A DNA stretch of 64,000 nucleotides from Hemiscyllium ocellatum (Eukaryota): the NCBI RefSeq assembly GCF_020745735.1, contig NC_083402.1, forward strand, positions 42,856,004 to 42,920,003, given 5' to 3'. A program made the translations under genes and the position numbers. The notes under the pieces were generated by a model that had not been told where the DNA came from, did not search any database, and saw only the letters and a list, made by a program, of their open reading frames with translations. Numbering within the stretch: position 1 is the first letter of the stretch; each line of letters starts with the position of its first letter. Below are positions 53,201-64,000 of the stretch, one piece after another.

Positions 53201-56200
53201 ACTACTTCATCTAAAAATACGACAAAACTTTATTCTCTCGTGGTAGCTGAGATTATGTGCAAATTCTGCAGTGAGGCATGCACTCACAAACTTGACTTGG
53301 GTGAGAGTGCTACCAATTAAGTCAAACTGATGGTCTAAGAATTATTTTTCAGTCAGGACTAGTGAGGCTTTTTTTTGGGTGTTTATACAAGTGTTGTGAC
53401 AAGCTATCTGGGGAATAGTTCTGATACTGTAAATAAACTGTTCATGTTTGGGAATCCCGCATTAGATCACTGAAGTTTACATAGTGTTTAAAAAAAATAC
53501 AGGAGTAATTTTTTGGTAAACATTTAGTGTTTATATTTTAGCTGACTGGACATTTCCATTGATCAAGATTTATATTGTTCTTCAGCTGGGAGTGCTTGGA
53601 GCGTGTCACTGTAATGGTACTGGAGGAGAGCCCTGTGCTTGTGCCAGGATGGCAGCTGCCACACGGAAACAGCTACTGCAACAGAAGCAAGAGGTACCAA
53701 CTTTTTAAAATTCATTACTAGGACTAAATTATTTAAAACGTGAATCGTGTATCAAGTAAAATTAATGCATTCTGCCACTACATTGCACACTTAATCTAAA
53801 AATATTCAGAATGCTTCACTTTATTATAAAGTGCTTGTTAGAGTTAGGTCTTCGGTAAACAAATATTCACCTGACAGTGATAGGTGAATTTCTTTCATAC
53901 TGTCTGTGCTGTTATACTTTTTAGAAGCTAAATTCATCCCTTAAACTTCAAGGACATAAACGAGGTTTCTGTGAAGTTACAGTGGCAGAACAGAAATTTC
54001 ATCCTCTTAATATCTTCATTCCACTCTTAATTTACCAATCTTAGATCAATAATAATCACTGTAATGAGTGCATCGAGCTAGAGCATCTTTATTTACTTCT
54101 TGAAACAAGTGATTTTAATGGGTATGAAAGATTATCAGGAATGTGCAGAAGTTGAGGTAAAAAATCAGATTAGCTATGATCTGATTGAATGGCGAAATAG
54201 GCTTGAACCGTCAGATCACCTACCATTTTGCTTTGTTTGTATATTTGTGTTTATACGTGGTCTTTCATTCAACTGAACTTAAATGTAGCATATTAAACAG
54301 GACATGATTTGAAAAGAATTAATATTGCAGCGTCTTTTTTGCTTTTGAAAAGGAAACTAAAAGTTCTGTGGTACTAAGTTGGCACATGACCCAATGAACT
54401 CTACAAGAGTGGTGATCATCTTTACAAATGTTACATAAACCAGCATTGTGTATTGCACAGACTCCAGGCTTAACTAGCATGATAGGAAGTAGTAGTACTT
54501 GGAAATATGCCAAGTTTGACAAATGTAATTATATTCATGCCGAATTCTTAAGAGTTGCTTTTCCCAAAAATATCTTCAGATATCTAATTGTTTGACTTGT
54601 ATGTATCCAAATGTTGTTATTTAATTGTTTATAGCTACTGGCATGCATATAACAGTCAAGCTTCTTTATGCCCGATGCAATTACAGGATAAAACTGAGAC
54701 GTAGATTTGGACAGAACAAGTTTTAGTATTGTTGCTCCATATTTTCAGCATGTTGCTTTTCTAAAATCATTTGGATTACTGCTCACTAAACAGTTGGTGA
54801 TCAATCAATCTGATCAACAGAATTGGACTTGAATGTCCTGACACCAGAGTGGCTAGTATGTTTGAAATTGGCTGGTGTAGTTTTACAACTGGAACACAGA
54901 TGCCTGTAAATTAATGGTGCATGAACATATGACACTGAAGTTGAAGGGTATGGAAGTTGGATGTGTGTTTTTATATCCAAACTTTTCTGTATACCACAAT
55001 GATGGGAAAGCTGCAAACCGGATGGGATGTCTATACCTGTACTGTTCTTTGCATTGTTTTTGTGTTTTAACCTGTTTAATAGACACAAGAACTTATCAGT
55101 TGTATTTTTTTCCATATGTAATCTTGCATCATTAGTTTGATCTTCAGAGAAAGCGAGAGGAAGAGGCCTACATAGTGGCTGATGCATTTAGAATTGCTTT
55201 TGAACATCAATTAAAAAGAACAAATGATCAAACTCTCCGAATTAGTGAAGTGGAAAAACTGCATAGAAAAGCTCCTAAGAAAGGGCTTGTTTGGAATCAA
55301 ATAAAAGAAGGTAAAGCCTAGGGATGTAAAATTGTGAATCTTTTAATTGATGTGTTGGTCTTGCCATTGATATTGCAGTTACCATTCAAACAAAGGCTTT
55401 GTTCATATTTTAAACTAATATTTGAGAACATTCTAAGGTGTTGCTATAGTTTAAGATTTACCAACTTCTGTTTTTTCATCTTCGAGTACAATAGTACTTA
55501 AGTACTATATCTACGGAGCTAAAAGAAATGTATGATGATTTTTATTTTCAGTGAACACATTTATTCTAATAGTACTTTTGTAAATGATATTGATGGTAAA
55601 TTGTAAATTTATGAAATGAAAACATTGAGTTCTGTTGAATTGTGTATCTGTTTCATATATTAACTCCGTCACTGTGTGTACAAATATGTATTTTGATTTC
55701 AGACATAAATATGCTCAAAATCAACTATCATTGATCTCATGAAATGTTCAATCTGTTCCCAACAGTATACTGATTTGACATTAATACCTGACTTTTTGTT
55801 TAATGTAAGTTGTTTTCTTTTTCTTGTTTTATACAATATTCCAGATCCTATTCAGGGAACAAAAGTGATTCATTCAACACTTGGCCAAAAGTTGAAGGGT
55901 CTGTTCAGTTCCTCAACAGACCAAAAGAATTTGGAGGTCTTGGATGACACGCAGGAGGTGCTAAGGATACTTATAGACTTGGTCTGTGATGGTTTTAAAC
56001 TCAATACTATCTAGTTTTGTAGTGAGGATGTGATTCTATAGAATACTTCAACAAACTTTGATATTTCATATTGGTGTTAGTGAAATGGCATATCTCAATC
56101 AATATTTGAAAAAATATCAGGACTTCCATACATGATTTGATAAAATAAGCTAATACTACTTGGCAAAAGAACTTTGAAGCATTTCATAATGCACTGATCA

Positions 56201-58402
56201 GGACAATTTGCAGGAAGTACCAATGCAAAGTAAAATCAACAGTCGTACGATGAGAGGATTGATTGCCTCAACCAATAAGAGTCCATAAACTAACCATTTA
56301 GCATGTATGTTGCCTGTTTCACCTCAGCAAAATAGGAGACTGCCATTCTGAGTCGATGGTCAAGGCATTGCCCTGAGAAATCAGAGATAACCTGCTTGCT
56401 TTAAAATTTAAGCAAAGCTTGTAGGTAACTGTCACTCATCATCTCTCTGATACGTTCTCTGTGGCAGTGTCTCTATCAGTTGTGTTCTCATTAACCAGTC
56501 AGCATATGCTTATAGAGTATGAATGTTTTCTTTTCACATTGGTATTCCTTAAAAATTGTCCTGATGAATACAAGGTGAAAAGCTTTGACAAAATGTTTCT
56601 TTTCTTCAGCAATGCTCAAGGTTTATACTATCAGACAGCAATTAAAAATAAATGATGCAACTTACACAGGTGATGCAAGAGGAAACAAAGCAGTACCAAA
56701 CATCATGTGCTGGGTTTTTTTTGGCATCTCTTACTCATGATGAAATAGGTATAAATATTTCACTTGCAGTGTTCATTTGTTCCTGTCAAAACTAGATGGA
56801 ACAATCATGTTAAAATGTTAGAAAATCCATTCTCTCGTCATCTGTTTTTAATACAAAATACTAATTAGTATCCTTTTCCATATGGTTTTGCTATGGTTCT
56901 GTCTTTTTAAGCAGAAGTCTTGGCTGCAATCATTTTACCTTGGCATTGAAGATTTGTTATATTAATTCTCTTGATAGCACGAAGTTCATTGTTGTACTGA
57001 AAATTTACGAAGTTTAACAGATAAATCTTAAGTGTATTCTATCGGAATGTGGCTAATGTAAAGTTTTTAAAAAGATCAAGAAGAATTTATTGATTTGTTG
57101 CTCAGTGTCCAACAATTCAGAACAGTAGTTAAGAAAGTAATGAAGAATGACTTAGTCATTTGTGGCTTTATAAGAGGCCATTCAGGCCTAGCCAGTTGCT
57201 TTGGCTCTTCATGAAGCAATAGACTCAGCTTTATTTTCTCACTCTGTCCTGTAGCCCTGCAAGTTTATTTCCTTCAAGTGCCCATCCAGTTTTGAAGTTA
57301 CTGATCCACTCTGCTTCCACCTAACTTCATAGGCTGTGCACTCTAGGTCACTATCATTTGGTGTGTTCAGTGTTCTTCCTCATTTGTATCTCTAGCCCAA
57401 AACTCTAAATCTGTGCCCACTATTCTTTTTAACATTTATGAATGGGAATCATTGTTTTTCTTGTCCACCTTTATAAAACAATTTCATAATCTTGTCAGTC
57501 TTTATCAGAATGCTTATTACATACCTTGCAGCTAATATCCCCCATTTCTGGAAGAATTCTGGTGAATCTCCCTTGCACCTTTCAAGGTCTTTTGCATTCT
57601 TCCTAAAGTTTTCCATTGTCTGTTTAATATTGTAGAATACAAAGTAGAATAAGTCAAACTGGATAGGGTTTGAATCTTACCACACCTTGGGCACTTTGTC
57701 CAATTCTGATAAGTGAGTCACGTGGATCAGACAGAGAACAGTGGATGATCCCAATATTTTAGAAGTTTTACATTTGGGAAAGGAGTTGAGTAACTTGGAT
57801 TCTTGCGTTGAACTATCACCTATGCTCAGATTATTAGTACAGCAAGATTTGACCACCAGACTCCATGCTACGACAAATGCATGAAATGGATTCTTGGGTA
57901 CTATAAGAGAACAGAAAACTCTGGTATTATTATTTAAGATAATAATCTTAAGTGTCTGTCAGGATCATCCTGGATGTATCAATTCAGTCTAGGGTGAGAT
58001 GAATGGCCTGTCTTGTTTATAGTTGTCTTATGAAATGTGTTGCCACAAATTATTCTAACTGACTTGAAGTGTTCATTGGATACTTGCTCAGTTATTATAT
58101 TAACCATAACTAAGATTCTAAATGTGTTTATTTCTTTCCATTCTTAGTTAAATGATAAAGAGGAAGCTCTGGCACATCAGCGGAAGGTTAGCTATATGTT
58201 GGCTCGACGTGTTGAGGATCTAGAACGAAAGTCCTTGAGGAAGGATACTGCAGCAACTGAAATTTTTAAAGTTGATAATTGTCAAAAAAGATTGAATGAT
58301 TTAAAAAATAAATCTTTCCTATCAACTGATCGAAACCCAAGTGAACACAAGACAGTTTTGAGGACGAACTCTTCCCCTGCAGGTTACTTCATGGGCAATT
58401 GA
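34980..58402 (+). CDS. CCDC125: Coiled-coil domain-containing protein 125: join(34980..35289,38295..38353,39103..39189,43622..43699,48974..49059,51683..51765,52650..52765,53586..53693,55136..55310,55845..55981,58148..58402), 497 aa
   Basis: Recognisable CCDC125 motifs [92 protein letters not shown]; all GT-AG, 1494 nt in frame; lies downstream of AK6 as in other vertebrates. Confidence 0.94.
36489..36822 (-). mobile_element. HE1-like SINE
   Basis: Reverse-complement similarity to 7946-8263. Confidence 0.83.
38295..38353 (+). CDS. CCDC125: CCDC125 coding exon 2
   Basis: ccctacag|GT TCA CAA GTT GAA ATC TCA AAT GAA GAG ... GAG|gtgatt. Confidence 0.9.
39103..39189 (+). CDS. CCDC125: CCDC125 coding exon 3
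   Basis: ttttgtag|[29 protein letters not shown]|gtgaga. Confidence 0.93.
39255..41820 (-). mobile_element. CR1 element remnant in a CCDC125 intron
   Basis: ORFs 39992..40429 (MDFSKAF, YAEDTK), 40635..40847, 41032..41343; DGLHLN esterase-like motif near 41800. Confidence 0.85.
42960..43185 (+). mobile_element. Degenerate Penelope-like terminal repeat
   Basis: tgaggaagggtcaccggatccaaaatgtt (decayed hammerhead) plus gatgctgccagacctactgagcttttccagcaatttctg tail; similar collapsed piece at 1-120. Confidence 0.5.
43622..43699 (+). CDS. CCDC125: CCDC125 coding exon 4
   Basis: ttatcag|[26 protein letters not shown]|gtaaaa. Confidence 0.92.
44350..45260 (-). mobile_element. Older fold-back Penelope-like element with GIY-YIG endonuclease remnant
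   Basis: Minus strand reads [33 protein letters not shown]; hammerhead-like core at 44442-76 (-) and a decayed mirror near 45168-200 (+); 44990-45260 mirrors 44380-44710. Confidence 0.75.
46166..46642 (-). mobile_element. Solo LTR-like repeat, internally deleted relative
   Basis: tgtcat...ccctcaaaacattt...tgtcaca, collinear with 29645-30305. Confidence 0.55.
46650..48720 (+). mobile_element. Old, highly decayed CR1-like fragments
   Basis: Scattered RT-like remnants (e.g. [12 protein letters not shown]). Confidence 0.5.
48974..49059 (+). CDS. CCDC125: CCDC125 coding exon 5
   Basis: ttctacag|[29 protein letters not shown]|gttagt. Confidence 0.92.
49130..49290 (-). mobile_element. Partial, decayed HE1-like SINE
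   Basis: catggccaatccacctaatctgcacatt segment. Confidence 0.55.
50860..51540. mobile_element. CR1 fragments in both orientations
   Basis: [12 protein letters not shown] and [14 protein letters not shown] remnants. Confidence 0.6.
51683..51765 (+). CDS. CCDC125: CCDC125 coding exon 6
   Basis: ctttacag|[29 protein letters not shown]|gtaagt. Confidence 0.9.
52650..52765 (+). CDS. CCDC125: CCDC125 coding exon 7
   Basis: ttttcttag|[38 protein letters not shown]|gtaaag. Confidence 0.92.
53586..53693 (+). CDS. CCDC125: CCDC125 coding exon 8 (Cys-rich)
   Basis: ctttcag|[36 protein letters not shown]|gtacca. Confidence 0.93.
55136..55310 (+). CDS. CCDC125: CCDC125 coding exon 9
   Basis: cattag|[32 protein letters not shown]...QIKE G|gtaaag. 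Confidence 0.92.
55845..55981 (+). CDS. CCDC125: CCDC125 coding exon 10
   Basis: attccag|...[11 protein letters not shown]...[10 protein letters not shown]|gtctgt (weak donor, phase-compatible). Confidence 0.88.
56160..56630. mobile_element. Non-coding element with inverted hammerhead-like ends (family C)
   Basis: Right end TGTC CTGATGA atacaaggt GAAA AGCTTT GACA (56557-90); left end carries a decayed reverse copy (tcaggacaattt...). Confidence 0.55.
58148..58402 (+). CDS. CCDC125: CCDC125 terminal coding exon
   Basis: ttcttag|[26 protein letters not shown]...[14 protein letters not shown]. Confidence 0.93.
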   Translation, partial: LNDKEEALAHQRKVSYMLARRVEDLERKSLRKDTAATEIFKVDNCQKRLNDLKNKSFLSTDRNPSEHKTVLRTNSSPAGYFMGN

Positions 58403-59059
58403 AAATTCAGCATTTATTAAAACAGAGCTTGTGGCAAGACATTTGATGGAACAAACATTAGGACTGAAGCCAAAAAAATTCCATGATGTTTGTTCATAAA
58501 TGTAAGAAGACATTCTTTCAGAATGGACATGATATCTATTTTTTAAATTAACTTGTAAAAAGACTTAAGAATTGATTTGTTTAAGCCACTTCTAGAGTTA
58601 TACAGCATGGAAACATGACCTTCATCCCAAATTGAACAAATTCCACTTTCTTTTGTTTGGCCCACATCCCTCCGAAACCTTTTCTCTTAGTGTACTTAAC
58701 CAAATGTCTTAAATGTTGTAACTGTATCTGCATCCGCCGCTGCCTCTGGCAGCTCATTCCATATATGAACCAGTTTTTTTTTAAAAAAATGGTTCTCCTT
58801 ATATTCTAAAAATTTTCTCCTCTCACATTAAAAATATGCTCCATAGTTTTGAACTCCCCCACTCTGTTATTCACCTTATATATGCCTGTCATAATTTTTT
58901 AAACCTCTATAAGGTCACCCCATAACCTCCTATGCTCTGTGGAAAAAAACTTCAGCTTCTCCAACCTGTCCTTTTAACTCAAAACCTCCATTCCTGGCAA
59001 CATCCTAATTTGATTTTGTTCTTAGTGAAATATTGGTGATCTAATGTAAATATTAAAAT

Positions 59060-59345
59060 GAGACAAGTCAAAGCTTTTCATCTTGCACTTATTAGGAGTG
59101 CAAGATAGTGACACAAGATAGTGACTTGACAAAGAAACACTAAAGAGCATGGGAAGAGAATGTTGAATGATTGGCATTGTAATCCAGTTGGAACAGCTAA
59201 TGATCCATTTCAGTTCTCAGACCAGCCAGCACTCTGGTAATTCTTCCACTTAAACTGTATAAATAGGCTTCCCTTTTTTTTCTTAGTTTTGTTTTTTGCA
59301 TCCTAGCCCTGATGAGTGCAAGACAGGAAGCTTCAACTAATCTCT
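59060..59345. mobile_element. Second family C element with inverted hammerhead-like ends
   Basis: gtcaaagcttttcatcttgcacttattagga (-, 59067-97) and tagccctgatgagtgcaagacaggaagcttcaacta (+, 59304-39). Confidence 0.55.
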
Positions 59346-59622
59346 GTTTATAGTTTCAGGCTGGCAAGCAATTATTTAGAGTCTAATTAGTTTGCACAGT
59401 TTAATTTGCCTTACAAAATTAGTGAGTGACTTACTAAATCTAATTATATTCATATATTGAATGTACAAATATTTATGAATGCGACTTGGCACTTAACATT
59501 ATTTAAGAGTCTACAAATATTTATTTAATACATAACTTCAATGTGGAATATAGATCAAACGAAGCAAAAGTGGCAGTGCTCCAGCCTGGTTGACCCTTAA
59601 GAACTGTTTTAGTTCCGATCAT

Positions 59623-59943
59623 GGGCAGCACGGTGGCACAGATGGGTGGCACAGTGGTTAGCACTGCTGCCTCACAGTGCCTGAGACCTGGATTCATTTC
59701 CCGCCTCAGGTGACTGACTGTGTGGAGTTTACACATTCCTCCCGTCTCAGCATGGGTTTGCTCCGGTTTCCTCCCACAATCCAAAAATGTGCAGGTTCGG
59801 TGAATTGGCCATGCTAAATTGGCTGTAGTGTTAGGTGAAGGGGTAAATGTAGGGGAATGTGTCTGGGTGGGTTGCACTTCGGCGGGTTGGTGTGGACTTG
59901 TTGGGCTGAAGGGCTTGTTTCCACACTAAGTAATCTAATCTAA
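59623..59943 (+). mobile_element. HE1-like SINE with locally duplicated A box
   Basis: ggtggcacag-atg-ggtggcacag head, V-domain-like core, (TAATC)n tail. Confidence 0.85.
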
Positions 59944-61624
59944 TTAAGACATGAAGGTGATAATGAAAATTGTCGTGATGCTTTTGACCTTTTGAGGATA
60001 CACTTCTTGTAAGTGTATCTGGAGCTTTGAAAGATGGTATTTAGAAAGAAGATTTCTGCAAAACTATACCATTATGAAAGACATTTGCAAAGTTATTTCA
60101 GATTAAATTGCAAATGGACAGCAAATTTAGGATTGGTATTTTAAAAAATACCATGAAAGAAGTAATTTATATTTACATAACACCTATCATGCTACATCCA
60201 AAAGTGGTTTGCAATGAATTCATTTTTCAGTGTGCTGAGTATTATTTAAGCAATGTAAGTAGTAAAATGTCCCTTCTCATAACAGCGTTTTCAGGACATC
60301 ATGGCATGCTGCGAAAATTGGCCAACTGATTGTTGCAAGGATGCCTTCCTTGAAGAAGCTCTCTTCCTCCCTCTACAACTCACTTTTTACATCTGATTGT
60401 GTTCCCTTCCCAGCAAGCCAGTCAGGAAGCTTGCAGAATTTACTGTCAAATTGGATCAGGCCAGAAATGTGCAAGCTATTTACCTTGATTGACTGACTAT
60501 ATTGAATAGATATTGTTGGGTCAATGCGGCAAGGTTTCAGATAGATTGGACATTTGGTAGAACTGTTTTGAAAACAGCCTTGCTCCTAGAGTTGGCTCAA
60601 TCAATATGGAAATTCAGTATCCAGTACTGCCTTTTATAACACATCTTCCTGGACTAGAAACACATAGCTGAATCATGTTAAATACATCAGTTTGATTCAG
60701 CGATGTATTTACATAGGAGAAATCTGCATGTTGGTTCAATGATAGTAAGACACTATACTTGGGAATGCCCTGGAGAACTGTAATTAAATGAGCCACTTAA
60801 ATCAGAGGACCTGATACTCCAGAGACTGTTTGCACAAGAAGCAGGAACCTTGGAAGCAATAAACTCAGGCTCCACCTCAGTTTGGTCAGCTGTAACTCAG
60901 GTAGTACAAATTACTTTATGATTTTGCGTATCCAAAGCAAATTTTTTAAAAGGTGGGATAACATAGTAATTTAAGAACTGCAAGGTTACTCGGGAAATAG
61001 AGGGAAAGATTGGTTTTATCGAATTACATGGATATAAACTTGTGTATCAACAATAATAAACCACTTCTCATGGTAAACCGCATCTCATTAGTCTAAAAAG
61101 CGTCCTAGTTAGTAAGCAAGTAAATTAAACACACACACAAACGATGCAGCAATGCAGCAGTTAATATGCACACCAGCTTGTTGTCGCAAACAAATAAACG
61201 ACCAATCAATCAATTTTTACTAGTATTTGGTTAAGGATGTGTTTTGAGGAGAATTTCCCTGTTCTGCTTCAATTAAGCCATGAGATCAGTGTCCATTTTA
61301 AGCCTTTCTGACATTACCTTATTTGCCATAAAACCTCTACAGGGAATTTGATTTGAGAAAATGCAACAGCTGTTTTAGGGTGGAACGAAGTTGATATTGT
61401 CTAATTATATCCAAATGCAATATGAAAAATTGCACTTGGATCAAAGGGATCACTAACGCAATTCACAAGAGAATAGTTTTGACTTTAACAATTTGAATTT
61501 ATATAGATAGTTTACTTAATTGACATGCCAGATAAAAATAGAAAATGACAAAACTAATTTTATCCATTCATGAGAATCTCTCATTTTGGTTTTTAAATAG
61601 CGTCCCCTTATTTTCTTATGCTAT

Positions 61625-62600
61625 TGTTGTACAGCCTGGAAATAGACAAGTTGGAACAAAGGGTCTATATCGAACAAGTTTCCCAAACTAAACTGGTCCC
61701 ATATCCCTGTAAACTTTTCATGTTCATGTGCCTGTCCATATATCTCAAGTATTGTAACTGTACCTGTATCTACCACTACTTCTGTCAGTTCATTCCACAT
61801 ACCAATCATTATGTGTGAAAACGTTGCCCTACACCTTAAAGATGTGTCATGTTGTTTTGAAACCCCCAATCGTAAGAGAAACACCCTTGCTATACACTTT
61901 ATGTCCGTCATGACTTTACAAACCTCCAGTAAGGTCACCCCTCAATCTCCTCCAATCCAGTTAAAAAGGTGCCAGCATATTCAGCCTCTCCTTGTAACTC
62001 AAACCCTTCATTCCTGGTACCATCCTTGCAAATTTTCTCTGCACCTCCTCCAATTTGATATCCTTCCTATAGCAAGGCAACCAGAACTGCACACCATACT
62101 TCAATGTCTTGCTTAAGAAAGGAAGTGGGGAACATACATGAAATGATAGGCGAGTCAATCTGATGTCTGTGGTGGGGAAGCTTTGAAGACAATACTGAGG
62201 GACAAGATCTATGTACATTTGGAAGAAAATAGACTAGTTGACATGCACCGTGGTTTTGTATGGGGAAGTTTGTCTCACCAACCTGATTGAATTTTTTTTG
62301 AAGCGGTGTCGAAGGTAATTGATGAGGGAAGGGCTGTGGATGTAGTTTATATGGAATTTAATAAGGTATTTGATACAGTCCTAGAACAAAAACAAAAATC
62401 GCATGGGATTCAGGATGGACTGGCTCAAATGGATACAAAACTGGCTTGGTCATAGAAGTGGTAAGTGTTTTTCAGAATGGAGACTAGTTCCACAGGGATC
62501 CGTCTTAGGTATTCTGTTTAGTATATATCCATGAGCTGGAGGAAAATATGAGTGGTTTGATTAGTAAGTTTGCAGATGACACCAAGATCGGTGGAGTTAT
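61625..62600. mobile_element. CR1 fragment with inverted junction near 62110
   Basis: - strand 3' end (61625-62110) abuts + strand RT segment (FADDTK near 62570). Confidence 0.65.
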
Positions 62601-63592
62601 CTGCTGCTCGTTCCGAAAAGAAATTCTCAATCCTCTGGTCTACCACTCATAGTATGCCTTAGTGTTTGATTGGAGTTGTCCTTGAGTGTCTTCATTAGCG
62701 ATGGGTAGTTCATCCTTCTCATGATGTCCTTTTCAACTGGAATGAATTTTTACCGAGTCCTATGTTAAACTTGTTTAAATGACTGCCATTTCAGACCTTC
62801 TCCTTTGTCTATTTCTCCACAACTACTTTTCTTACACTGTAATTGCCAAGGCAGATTTATTTCACAGTGGCTAAATCCAATAACAACAGATCAATCACCC
62901 CTTCATCAATGGTGGAAAAACTTCTGATAGTACTGGTAAAATTAACCATCAATTGACATAATATTAGTTATCATTTAGCAGTCACTGTATATTTGCCAAA
63001 GGTCATGTTTGACATATTCACAGAATTGCAGAATTGTTATGATACAATATGGCACAAGAGGGCAGCATTTGGCTGATCACATCCACACCAATTCTTTAAA
63101 TGAACATCATGATTTTGAAGTTAGTGATGTTTCCCAGTATTGCTGTGCATGGATGACTATTTGAATAAAAACAAATGGCCTCTTGAATGCCATAACTAAA
63201 ACTGCATCCATTGCACTTCCAGATAATGCACTCAAAACTTGAACTAGTCATCCAAAATAGATTTTTGCTTAATATCGTATTTGCTTCTTTTGTGAATCAC
63301 TTTTTAAACCTGTGTCCTCTCATTCTTAATTCTTTGAGTGAGAACAATTTTTCCTTATCTACTCTGTGTAGCCCACTCATGAATAACCAGTTATTGATGG
63401 AGAAGAGTACTTTTTATTCATTCTTGATAATGGAAAGACTTGTTAACAGTATCCAGTCCAACAGAACTAAAGAGGGCATTGGTTAAGGAGCAGAAAGCAG
63501 ACAGTAGAAGTGAAAGTTATTTTTCAGCTTAGAGGTCCACAAAGGTTTCCCAGAGATCAGTGCTGAGATCATTGCTCCTTTGACAGTATAAT

Positions 63593-64000
63593 TGGATGTA
63601 GGTTTGCTCACTGAGCTGGAAGTTTAATTTTCAGACATTTCATGACTATATTGGGTAACATAGTCAGTGAGCCTTCAGACAAAGCACTGCTGTGTTTTCT
63701 GCTTTGTATTTATGTTTGGGTTTCCTTGGGTTGGTGATGTCATTTCCTGCTCTTTTTTTCTCAGGGGTGGTAAATGGAATCAAAGTAAATGTATATGTTG
63801 ATAGAATTCCGGTTGGAATGTCATGCTTTTATGAATTCTCATGCATGTCTCAGTTTGGCTTGTCCTAGGATGGATGTGTTGTCCCAGTCTGTATGTAAGG
63901 ATATTAGTGAGAGAGGGTTGTATTGTTTTGTGGCTAGCTGATGTTCATGTATCCTGGTGGATAGTTTTCTGCCTGTTCGTCCAATGTAGTGTTTGTTACA
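63593..64000 (-). mobile_element. Penelope-like element 3' part (family B) with GIY-YIG endonuclease remnant, runs off the window
   Basis: Minus strand from 64000 reads CNKHYIGRTGRKLSTRIHEHQLATKQYNPLSLISLHTDWDNTSILGQAKLRHA*, followed by the same terminal repeat as 31421-31691. Confidence 0.85.

Noticed and set aside
55491-55508. 18-bp perfect palindrome ATAGTACTTAAGTACTAT
   Set aside because: Single AT-rich intronic instance with no supporting context or second copy.

Overview
Eukaryotic vertebrate genomic DNA, almost certainly from a cartilaginous fish, judging by HE1/V-SINE-like SINEs and abundant CR1-clade LINEs; the carpet/bamboo-shark guess is inference. Two complete multi-exon genes lie on the + strand. 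AK6 has 5 coding exons (1532..14999, 172 aa) and CCDC125 has a candidate non-coding first exon near 28.1 kb plus 11 coding exons (34980..58402, 497 aa). All exons were rebuilt by hand with GT-AG junctions and consistent phases. The AK6-CCDC125 order matches mammals, but no TAF9 ORF is nested in AK6. The rest is nested transposable elements: CR1/L2/RTE LINE fragments, tRNA-derived SINEs, two Tigger/pogo-like MITEs carrying C-rich minisatellites, and two solo-LTR-like repeats. The most notable signal is a set of at least three families of Penelope-like/retrozyme-like elements carrying minimal hammerhead ribozyme motifs with a palindromic stem III (ACGU or AAGCUU), predicted to be active only as dimers. 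These elements repeatedly insert as fold-back (inverted) structures with 15-17 bp target-site duplications. One sits in a 1.1-kb palindrome that duplicated about 400 bp of flanking DNA and shows a (TG)3 vs (TG)21 difference between otherwise matching arms. Repeat family names and many repeat boundaries are by eye and approximate.
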